A DNA stretch of 36,550 bases, taken from IMG/VR virus record IMGVR_UViG_3300021087_000006. One strand, written 5' to 3'. Below, piece by piece: positions 18,108 to 25,687 of the stretch. Each line of letters starts with the position of its first letter. Position 1 is the stretch's first letter. The notes below the pieces were generated by a model. The model did no database searches, was not told the origin of the DNA, and saw nothing but the letters and a program-made list of their open reading frames with translations. The position numbers were made by a program, and so were the translations under genes. This DNA comes from an uncultured virus (IMG/VR IMGVR_UViG_3300021087_000006). Its lineage: Duplodnaviria > Heunggongvirae > Uroviricota > Caudoviricetes.

Positions 18108-18173
18108 AAGAGCCCCAACTACTACTCACTACATAGAGAGACACTATAGAGAGAGATGGTGGTTGGGGTTCTT
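18108..18173 (+). terminator. long hairpin ending the small-gene block
   Basis: AAGAGCCCCAACTACTACTC pairs with GAGATGGTGGTTGGGGTTCTT. Confidence 0.65.
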
Positions 18174-18678
18174 TCGTGTGCGGATTATTACTATGGGTGA
18201 TGCGATTAGTAGTAGGTTTCGGGGCTTGGTCGCCAACTAAGATGCTGTTCGCATATGTAGACCTAAAATTAGGCATTAATTTATTGTCATCCAGCTCTTC
18301 GAGCAATTTATTGCCAGCAATACGCCCAATATGCTGGAATATCCATACCTATACTCTCTCTATGTAGGGCATTGGACTTCGATGAGTGCTGGCGGATTTC
18401 TTCGAGGTCTTTTTGCGACAGGATACCCCCCCATAGTTAAATCAACTTTTCAGGGGAAGATGTGGGTAGGGTGCAATCGCCACGTAGCACCCCCCTCGAA
18501 AATAGCCCCAAAACCGGCCAGCCAGCCAGCGATAGGCCCAACCGCTGTTTCACACCCGCTAGGGCGAACTATGTATACCGAAAGATTAAAAATTTGCGGA
18601 ATTAACGGTTCACTGTCACCGACTGGTCTCAGTACTTTAATAAATAAAACCCATTTGCTTCCGTGATATTATTGGTAC

Positions 18679-18879
18679 ATGTCCGCTGACCGACCTAAGC
18701 TACCCACTGATACTGGCGATGAAATCAAAGGTATATTTGCAGGTATAGGCGATACCATTTCTGGAGCAGTTCATGATAAGAATAAGCAACCAGATACTCC
18801 GAAGGAGCGACCCATCATACCTATGAAGGGCTCAACATGTAAAGGCTCTCGTGGACACTTTGATGCAGGTCATGTTTGA
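18679..18879 (+). CDS. small hypothetical protein (leaderless)
   Basis: TGA-TATTAT (18667-18672), 6 nt, ATG. Confidence 0.65.
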   Translation: MSADRPKLPTDTGDEIKGIFAGIGDTISGAVHDKNKQPDTPKERPIIPMKGSTCKGSRGHFDAGHV

Positions 18880-18894
18880 CCTACTAGCCACTAA

Positions 18895-18915
18895 GACGCA
18901 CTAGTCTAGTGTGTC
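18895..18915. terminator. hairpin between convergent genes
   Basis: GACGCACTAG-T-CTAGTGTGTC. Confidence 0.5.
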
Positions 18916-19093
18916 AACGACTAGCAGCAGGCTTGTCGGTAGAATAGAATCCTGAACCCTTAAACGCTAGTCCGGCTAATCCGTATACCTTCTTTGCTGT
19001 CTTACCGCATTCACATGTGGCAGGGCCGTCTGCTAGTGGATGATTGACCTCGAACTCGTTCCCGCAGTCACATCTGTATTGGTATAGGGGCAC
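18914..19093 (-). CDS. FmdB-family zinc-ribbon regulatory protein
   Basis: MPLYQYRCDCGNEFE...CECG...FKGSGFYSTD; leaderless GTG 6 nt after TGC-TAAGAT. Confidence 0.88.
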   Translation of the reverse strand: MPLYQYRCDCGNEFEVNHPLADGPATCECGKTAKKVYGLAGLAFKGSGFYSTDKPAASR

Positions 19094-19164
19094 CAAGTGA
19101 TCTTAGCACCATGTTCAAGTTGGGTGTGAAATTTTCGTCCGAAAAGCAAACGGCCCTATACTGC

Positions 19165-19992
19165 CTAAATTAAATCTTTAGCCACATGTTTTAATGCCTT
19201 ACTTTCTACTGGCATTATTAGCCCAAAGGGGTAACAGGACTTACCAAATGCCCACCATTTAGATGGTGTAACCCAAACGGGTGCTTCTGCACCTTGAAAG
19301 CGCACATGGACGGGATCTACTTTAGCATGTTTAAAAGCGTTAATAGTCTTCTGTAAATGCTCACTACCTAAAACTATCCCGTTAGGTATGTCATTAGTTA
19401 GTTTTTCTTTTTTAGGAATAACACTTTCAACCTTATGGCTCTTACCTTCTATTGGTTTCATGAACATACTACTAGTGCTCAGTATTTGGGGTTGCCACGC
19501 AATTCTATTAGAAGTAAGACTAATACTAACGAAAGCGTTTGCTATAGCATTCTGGGCAGAGTCCAAGTGCTCCTCATCCTTTAGAAGGTTTAGAAGGTTT
19601 TTAACATCATCTCTTCCTAAAAGGAAGTGACGGCCAGCACCATCTCCAAGTCCCTCATCAATACAATCGACATCAGCTATATCAGCATCTTTGTAGTAGT
19701 TTACAGGCCGTTCTAGTCTAACGTAATAACCCCCACACTTATATAAGTCAGTAGCGGTTAATCGGATAGCTTGACCATCTTCAACTTCTAAAAGGGTCAT
19801 TTTGATAGTGTCTAAGAGCATCTCAGACTTTCGGTCTTTGCTAGCAAACTCGCTAACAAACCTTAAACCCCTCGCAAGTTCTGAGCGGTTAATTTGAAAC
19901 TCAACAAGGCTACCACTTAAGCTAACATTGTTTGCCCAAGCCTCGTCAAAACTTTCCCGAAATCGGGCTTTGTTTAATTCTGGAAACTTCAT
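19165..19992 (-). CDS. DNA polymerase III beta-clamp (DnaN)-like protein, apparently two domains
   Basis: FASKD...L..I....LTATDLYK (central-domain ATD motif) and HL...I....V...F.GAEAPV...GLIMPV C-terminus; SD GAAAGG before ATG 19992. Confidence 0.75.
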   Translation of the reverse strand: MKFPELNKARFRESFDEAWANNVSLSGSLVEFQINRSELARGLRFVSEFASKDRKSEMLLDTIKMTLLEVEDGQAIRLTATDLYKCGGYYVRLERPVNYYKDADIADVDCIDEGLGDGAGRHFLLGRDDVKNLLNLLKDEEHLDSAQNAIANAFVSISLTSNRIAWQPQILSTSSMFMKPIEGKSHKVESVIPKKEKLTNDIPNGIVLGSEHLQKTINAFKHAKVDPVHVRFQGAEAPVWVTPSKWWAFGKSCYPFGLIMPVESKALKHVAKDLI

Positions 19993-20134
19993 ATAATTAT
20001 GAACCTTTCTTAGATATTTACTCCTTAACAAGACTTTTGTCAAGGCGCTCTAAATTCAAGCCGAAGTATTTGACCTACGGTCTTCGGCACGATGCTGCCG
20101 GTAGGCATCGCCGCGTTCATAATTAGTTGTTAAC

Positions 20135-20163
20135 AACATAACAAGCGTCCAACCCTTTTGCAA
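20135..20163 (-). promoter_or_regulatory. promoter for the clamp-like gene
   Basis: Minus strand TTGCAA, 17 nt, (TG)TATGTT. Confidence 0.55.
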
Positions 20164-20183
20164 CCATGTGTCATAATGTTTAT

Positions 20184-20939
20184 ATGGGTATTAAAAACTA
20201 TGTCAAAAAAGGCATAGAAGGAATGTGGGAACACGGTGGTTGGCGAAACACGAGTTACGGAAGCAACACAGAACTTGTGCCTATTGACTACTTTGACGAG
20301 ATGCCTTCTTTCAATGAGCCCTACCGTCGAGCAGGGGATGTTAACAACCTAAGCGTTGATATGGCACTGTACGCTAATACGGAAGAGGATATCGCTGACG
20401 TGCGTAGAAGCCATAAGGTATTTTCAGAAATCCAAGAAGAACTCAAGCAGGACATGAGTGAGAGAGGCTTAGACGAACCCATCATGATTACGTACGACCA
20501 TGATGCATCAGAGGGCCACGCACACGAAGAGAGTATGAAAGCGCATGAGAATTATGGAGTCACACACGCCACTGGGAGGGTATTGCTGGGTGAGGGTAAT
20601 CACAGACTTGCCGCTGCAAGGGATTTAGGTTGGGAAGCTATACCTGCCCGTGTGGTCAGAGGTCGTGTTGCAGCAGAAAGATTTAACCAAGAAGCTAAAA
20701 TTGAGGCAATGGGCGGTTTCGACGCTCGAGGTATACCTAGCAGAGCGGCTAGAGAAGAGCACGGAAAATACACCAAGAGTGTCGGAGAGAAAAAGCAACC
20801 TGCGAAGTACATAGGCAGTGAAGCTAGTCCTTCAGATATTGATATACCCATAATGCCCCATGGACCACACTCGCCTGAAGGTCCTGTGTCACCTGACCAA
20901 TTCACAGTTTTTCCCAAAAAAGTACGTAGAAGTAACTAA
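20184..20939 (+). CDS. ParB/Srx N-terminal-like domain protein (leaderless)
   Basis: DMSERGLDEPIMI...LGEGNHRLAAARDLGWEAIPARV; TGT-CATAAT, 6 nt, ATG 20184. Confidence 0.8.
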   Translation: MGIKNYVKKGIEGMWEHGGWRNTSYGSNTELVPIDYFDEMPSFNEPYRRAGDVNNLSVDMALYANTEEDIADVRRSHKVFSEIQEELKQDMSERGLDEPIMITYDHDASEGHAHEESMKAHENYGVTHATGRVLLGEGNHRLAAARDLGWEAIPARVVRGRVAAERFNQEAKIEAMGGFDARGIPSRAAREEHGKYTKSVGEKKQPAKYIGSEASPSDIDIPIMPHGPHSPEGPVSPDQFTVFPKKVRRSN

Positions 20940-20947
20940 GCAATCAG

Positions 20948-21340
20948 GTGACAGTTAATTCCGACCAGTTTGAGAATCACTCAATAGATGGTAAGGGCGA
21001 TTGCTTCGGTTATTGCATGAAAGGGGCTAAAGACTCTCTCATGGGCGAAGATGCGGATACTAAGTTTGTGCATGGCACTTCCAAGCTAATTGGGCCACAT
21101 GCGTGGATAGAGACCCCAGAAGGTTATGTGAAGGACTGGCAGACCAATGCCTCTCATAGAACAGCTAATCTTAGTACCGCCAAAACAGGTACGCCTAGGG
21201 ATGAGTTCTATGAAATGCACGGGGCAGAAGCCCATCAGACGTTTACAGGCGGAGAATTGTTCAGAATGGGCAATAAAGCTGGAAATATGGGGCCGTTTAC
21301 TCCAGAAGAGTTAGAAGCCCACGACTACGGTAGAATATAG
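20948..21340 (+). CDS. putative transglutaminase/papain-like Cys-His-Asp protein
   Basis: GDCF...VHG...PHAWIE....VKD pattern. Confidence 0.6.
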   Translation: MTVNSDQFENHSIDGKGDCFGYCMKGAKDSLMGEDADTKFVHGTSKLIGPHAWIETPEGYVKDWQTNASHRTANLSTAKTGTPRDEFYEMHGAEAHQTFTGGELFRMGNKAGNMGPFTPEELEAHDYGRI

Positions 21341-21342
21341 TT

Positions 21343-21822
21343 ATGGGTAAAATGAAAGACTACCTGTTCGATCAGGTAAGTGATTTGCACGAAGAGACAC
21401 AAGATATCATTCTTGGTGGTGTCCCAATGTACCATGGCTCTATGCACAGCTTCAAAAAGGGTGACATTCTTACTGGTGAAGACTCAAATATGTTTAAGGC
21501 CTATGATTACGCTGATTCAGATACACACGATCGTGTCTTTGCTACTACAAAGTTACAATTCGCACAATTCTTTGCTGAAGGATCAAGAGCTAACTCTCCC
21601 TTCCCCACCATGGGGGACGACCAAGTACGCGTTTATGAGGTTGAGCCTTATAGCGACAAACCTATGGGCATTGACGTTAACCTGCCCGGTAATCCCGAGA
21701 GCTTCACCTCAGACAAGTTCAGGGTAACAGATGTAGTCATGGATAAAAGTCATGAAGATTGGCCTGATGTGGTTGAAGGTCCTGACGGTATGCGGAGTGA
21801 CCAGTTTGCAGGGCCTATCTAG
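21343..21822 (+). CDS. Arr-like NAD+-dependent ADP-ribosyltransferase
   Basis: YHGS...GDIL, VFAT, RVYEVEP and D.N.PGNPESF.S..FRV parallel Arr (YHGT..GDLL..IYFT..VYEVEP..DPN..PGNPTRSYRS); leaderless TAGAAT, 6 nt. Confidence 0.8.
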   Translation: MGKMKDYLFDQVSDLHEETQDIILGGVPMYHGSMHSFKKGDILTGEDSNMFKAYDYADSDTHDRVFATTKLQFAQFFAEGSRANSPFPTMGDDQVRVYEVEPYSDKPMGIDVNLPGNPESFTSDKFRVTDVVMDKSHEDWPDVVEGPDGMRSDQFAGPI

Positions 21823-21953
21823 TTTTTAAGACTTAGTTCCCGCAAGTCTAATAAGAAGTCTTGAATCTCATCGGCAGAGAATAACTCTCTATTAGCCGTT
21901 AACTCTAAGAAGGATTCAATCTCGTCGATCAAAGTGTTTGCTATATCAGTCAT
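21819..21953 (-). CDS. 44-aa acidic helical protein (not in ORF track)
   Basis: MTDIANTLIDEIESFLELTANRELFSADEIQDFLLDLRELSLKN; leaderless TGA-TACACT, 6 nt. Confidence 0.7.
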   Translation of the reverse strand: MTDIANTLIDEIESFLELTANRELFSADEIQDFLLDLRELSLKN

Positions 21954-22008
21954 GATCCTAGTGTATCAGCATATGGTAAACTTAATCTATATCAGTTAGG
22001 GGATAACA

Positions 22009-22428
22009 ATGCCAGTAGGACCAGATGTAACTAGAGCAGGAAACGTGCGAGATTCGAGGCACGGTTTAGACGCTAGTGGAAGACCCATTGCACAACCTGC
22101 TAATGCACATCATGAAGCAGTTCCTTTTACTAAAAACACGATGGGCTACACTGACTGCCCAACTTGTGACACACCTGACATATACAACTCGGTGGATGAT
22201 GACGTAGTAGGTTGCCTCGGATGTGGTATGGGTGGGGAAGAGATGTCACATGAAGATTTTGAACAAACATTAGAGAGCCAAGGCCGTTATAATTTTACTA
22301 GAGGTGTTCCAAGTTCTGAGCAGGTTCAGTTCCATAGTGCAATAAACAATCGTGAATGGGCGGGTTTAATGCAGTTGCCTTATCCACCAGAGGGTGAAGA
22401 GATGTTCGATCCTAGAAGGGATAAATAA
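22009..22428 (+). CDS. zinc-ribbon-containing hypothetical protein (MPVGPD N-terminus)
   Basis: TGG-TAAACT promoter at 21977, SD AGGGGA; CPTC...CLGC. Confidence 0.75.
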   Translation: MPVGPDVTRAGNVRDSRHGLDASGRPIAQPANAHHEAVPFTKNTMGYTDCPTCDTPDIYNSVDDDVVGCLGCGMGGEEMSHEDFEQTLESQGRYNFTRGVPSSEQVQFHSAINNREWAGLMQLPYPPEGEEMFDPRRDK

Positions 22429-23525
22429 TGCCAATAGGACCAGATACAGACAGAGATGGGAACCCAAAGACGGGTGACCCATTCATACAGTATCCAAACA
22501 GATATGGGGACCCAACGACGGCTGGCCCAGAGATACCGTATAGACGGGATGTGGACAACCCTAATATAGAGACCCACCGAGCCGACCATTCTTGGTCTAA
22601 CAAAGACAAATCTATGCGTATAGGCGGACTCGCTGGTCACAGATCAGAAATGCCTATGTCCCGATACCAGCAGATTCGTGATGTCGCTTCTATTGCTGGA
22701 CCCTATGCAGGAAATATTGCAGGAAATATAGACACGTCAGCGTACCCCACAAAGACTAGTTCTGGTACTGACATTCCAAAGGAAGATATCTTAAAGTGGG
22801 CACACATGGAAAAAGAGACTGAACCTTTGGACGTGGATATGGATATGGAGGATACCGCCAAATACGTTGCACTTCAGGATCGTGTCGATGCGTCAAGTGA
22901 TCGGATGAATGCTATAGAAGCCCGTGAGGGGGATGCTTCAAGTCAGGAAGAATATAATGCCATTAGGGCCGACTGGCACAAAGAGTATGATACAGAATTT
23001 AAACCTCCGGCTAAGGAAACTACATGGCTTGACGACGATGGCAGACTGACCTTAGGGGCAAACCGTGAGGGTTACACAGACTTGCACGATATGCGTGTGA
23101 GCCAAGCCCAATGGTCTCTTGGTAATACCAGCAGCTACCCCATTACGGAGCCAATACCAGATAACTGGACGGCAAAGGACATTACTGAAGAACACTCAAT
23201 AAAGAAAGACCGCTTAGGTCACGCTCTTACAAGGCTACAGAACGTAGGTTCACTGACTCACACCCCCATGGCAGATGACACATTTTGGCAAGCATCCTCC
23301 GGAAGAAACGAACCCAAAACTCCAGAACTAGACGAAAGTTTACAAACTTGGGATGAGTACCTTAAGTACAAGGGAGAACAAACTCCTCCAGAAGAAAAGA
23401 CGACCGGATTATTTGGGGAAACTAAGCCACACGAAGCAGATTTAGAAAGTGATTGGACCACCGCTAGTGACCTTTTGCACGATGAGGCACTCATGAAAAG
23501 AGCAAAGGACTCGTTTTACCACTAA
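22428..23525 (+). CDS. acidic hypothetical protein (MPIGPD N-terminus)
   Basis: 365-aa ORF, TAATG overlap. Confidence 0.75.
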   Translation: MPIGPDTDRDGNPKTGDPFIQYPNRYGDPTTAGPEIPYRRDVDNPNIETHRADHSWSNKDKSMRIGGLAGHRSEMPMSRYQQIRDVASIAGPYAGNIAGNIDTSAYPTKTSSGTDIPKEDILKWAHMEKETEPLDVDMDMEDTAKYVALQDRVDASSDRMNAIEAREGDASSQEEYNAIRADWHKEYDTEFKPPAKETTWLDDDGRLTLGANREGYTDLHDMRVSQAQWSLGNTSSYPITEPIPDNWTAKDITEEHSIKKDRLGHALTRLQNVGSLTHTPMADDTFWQASSGRNEPKTPELDESLQTWDEYLKYKGEQTPPEEKTTGLFGETKPHEADLESDWTTASDLLHDEALMKRAKDSFYH

Positions 23526-23545
23526 TCCAAGAGGGGATTTTCAAC

Positions 23546-23863
23546 ATGGATAACGACTGGATGTTTGATGCTGGTGATGAGTGGGACGGACAAATGGACC
23601 CAATGGACGTGGCTAAAGAAAACAGATTAATTGAAGAGGGTCTTACTACATCTGAATTAGACATTACGATACCTGACACCATTGCGGAAGGTAATGCACA
23701 GACGATAGATCACCATGTGAATAAAATAAAAGACGATTGGAAGGCAGTGAAGAGTGTCCTGCACAGGGCGCAATTTGACTTTCACTTTGAAGCCTCCGAA
23801 GATCCCCTCGAAGACGCAAAGTGGGAAGATCTTGGAAAGAACGACCCACCAGTGCTGAAATAG
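23546..23863 (+). CDS. acidic hypothetical protein
   Basis: SD GAGGGG. Confidence 0.7.
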   Translation: MDNDWMFDAGDEWDGQMDPMDVAKENRLIEEGLTTSELDITIPDTIAEGNAQTIDHHVNKIKDDWKAVKSVLHRAQFDFHFEASEDPLEDAKWEDLGKNDPPVLK

Positions 23864-23865
23864 CT

Positions 23866-24735
23866 TTAAGCCTTCTCTAAAGCCTCTACTCTTGCTACCA
23901 GATCATTAATTATGGCACTACAGCCACATCCACATGAGAACTCTTCTGTTTCCTCAGCTTTTACCTTAGCGGCTTCCTCAGCAGCTTTCTGAGCTTCTAC
24001 ACGCCTTCTAATTTCGTCCCAGTCAATTTCAGGTGCTGGGGCTTCGGGACCAGTGTCTTCTGCTGGCTGTGGGCTTAAATCTAGTAGACAGTACTCGTCA
24101 ATGTCCATTGACATGTCTTTAGGGGCTACAGCGGCTCCGCCATAGTAGGCATCCAACCACGCTGTCACCACTTGGGTGTTTTCACCAACTTTTATGTTGT
24201 GGGATACCCATTCACCACCACCTACTCGTGCTCTACAGTATCCTTCATCAAAGTTTGCCTCAACTTCAAACAGTACGAAGTCTCCGCCAATCTTGATAGA
24301 TCCTACAGGTATAGAATCTCCCCAGTTACGCTTCTGGTTATTATGGTAGATGTACATACCAATGGGCAGTTCACCATTTTTAGTGTGCCCGTACCAAGTA
24401 CGAAATGAAAAACCGTCTGGTCCGGGTGCTCTATTGCCGTGTGCGTAAGACTGTCCTTTTGAGTTCTTCCAACGAAGGTCGGCAAAACCTAAGGTCTTAC
24501 CTGTACTATCAGAGTTCCAACTTGGGTTGGCCTTTACTTTGAAAGCCATCCGTACATGTCGAGAAGGTGTAACGTCTTTTTTCATACTACAGCCGTAGTG
24601 TGAGTCTTTTTTGTACAGTAGACGTAGTCCTGCGTGGCCTTGTGTGCTTGATCCTGTTTTATGAGCGTAGTGAAGCTTGCCGTGCCACGCTGATTCCCAG
24701 CCGTCTTCAAATCCCTCTTGTACTAAATTTCTCAT
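23866..24735 (-). CDS. polysaccharide-lyase (PL14-like) domain protein with a C-terminal coiled-coil tail
   Basis: GKTLGF...DGFSFRTW...YIYH...WGD...YYGG....D..ID pattern; start reassigned to leaderless ATG 24735 (TGT-TATACT, 6 nt). Confidence 0.65.
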   Translation of the reverse strand: MRNLVQEGFEDGWESAWHGKLHYAHKTGSSTQGHAGLRLLYKKDSHYGCSMKKDVTPSRHVRMAFKVKANPSWNSDSTGKTLGFADLRWKNSKGQSYAHGNRAPGPDGFSFRTWYGHTKNGELPIGMYIYHNNQKRNWGDSIPVGSIKIGGDFVLFEVEANFDEGYCRARVGGGEWVSHNIKVGENTQVVTAWLDAYYGGAAVAPKDMSMDIDEYCLLDLSPQPAEDTGPEAPAPEIDWDEIRRRVEAQKAAEEAAKVKAEETEEFSCGCGCSAIINDLVARVEALEKA

Positions 24736-24777
24736 TATTATAGTATAACAGTTAGCACATAATGGTATTATTAAGTC

Positions 24778-24954
24778 ATGGCAGGATACAAAACCACTAA
24801 GTGGAGACAATCAGGAAACACACAGTTTGGTAGGAGTGCCGGTGCCCATGACCGCAGGTTGGGCTGGAAGACTGCTAAAACGTACTCCTACAAGATGCGT
24901 CCTTCAGGAACTGCTAAAACAGCAAAGATATATAAACGATACAAGACTAAGTAA
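24778..24954 (+). CDS. 58-aa highly basic protein (not in ORF track)
   Basis: MAGYKTTKWRQSGNTQFGR...KIYKRYKTK; leaderless TGG-TATTAT, 6 nt. Confidence 0.7.
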   Translation: MAGYKTTKWRQSGNTQFGRSAGAHDRRLGWKTAKTYSYKMRPSGTAKTAKIYKRYKTK

Positions 24955-24956
24955 AT

Positions 24957-25349
24957 ATGAAAGAGCATCTTCAGTTAGAACTTTTCAAACCAGTTAGAGA
25001 CCTTTACAGCAACGTAAACCCAAATGAGGCTGATGATGTCGAGGATAACCAGTTTGCCACAGAACCGGGTGAGTCCTACCGCAGAACTGAGACTACTAGA
25101 GAGATGATGGATCGTAAAGTACGAGAGACTAAAGGTGGCACTCATGACAACCCAGAACCCGGATACAAAGGTAAACAATGGGTAGGGGGCACGTTCTATA
25201 GTGACATGGAGGCAAGGGGCGTGAAGAATCCCGTAGGGTACGACCCCGACTTAAACATGGTTATCGACGGGCATCACCGTGTAGCCGCCATGCACGAAAT
25301 TAATCCAGACGCTGAACTGTCAATATACAACTTTAGAACGAAATATTAA
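24957..25349 (+). CDS. ParB/Srx-like domain protein with N-terminal HLQLELF
   Basis: DMEARGVKNPV...VIDGHHRVAAM. Confidence 0.78.
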   Translation: MKEHLQLELFKPVRDLYSNVNPNEADDVEDNQFATEPGESYRRTETTREMMDRKVRETKGGTHDNPEPGYKGKQWVGGTFYSDMEARGVKNPVGYDPDLNMVIDGHHRVAAMHEINPDAELSIYNFRTKY

Positions 25350-25381
25350 GTACGCACCGTCAAGTCTGGTAAGATTGTAGT

Positions 25382-25687
25382 ATGACAAGAAGAGGCGATA
25401 TGCGTGTGCACCTACAGGGCAAGCTTTTTGGGCAGACAGTTGATGTGCCCTATGAGGCAAACCCGGGTGGTCGTGCAGATGTAGCTGAACGTTTGTCTAA
25501 TATCGGCAACATTGATTTCGACCCCGGAACACCTGATTGTCCCGGATGTGACGCTCCCCTATCTGAAGAGTATTACATGGAAAGATATAGTGGACCAGTT
25601 GATGATGAAGGTACCATGCCCACAATAGAATGCCCATCTTGCGAAGCGTATAGTCACCCCGACAGTATCCAAGACCACCTCCTCTAA
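25382..25687 (+). CDS. zinc-ribbon protein with N-terminal HLQGKLF (leaderless)
   Basis: CPGC...CPSC; TGG-TAAGAT, 6 nt. Confidence 0.72.
   Translation: MTRRGDMRVHLQGKLFGQTVDVPYEANPGGRADVAERLSNIGNIDFDPGTPDCPGCDAPLSEEYYMERYSGPVDDEGTMPTIECPSCEAYSHPDSIQDHLL

Noticed and set aside
18106..18666. ORFs 18106-18306 (-), 18176-18367 (+) and 18331-18666 (+)
   Set aside because: No SD or leaderless signal, atypical composition, and they overlap hairpins; treated as non-coding.
21343..21822. Calling the gene a bona fide rifampicin-resistance gene arr
   Set aside because: The motifs support the fold, but substrate specificity cannot be read from the sequence; gene symbol withheld.
23660..23670. Partial reverse-strand match to the motif (GACATTACGAT)
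   Set aside because: Only 11 bp, lacks the AAAC arm, lies inside a CDS and far from the cluster; plausibly chance.
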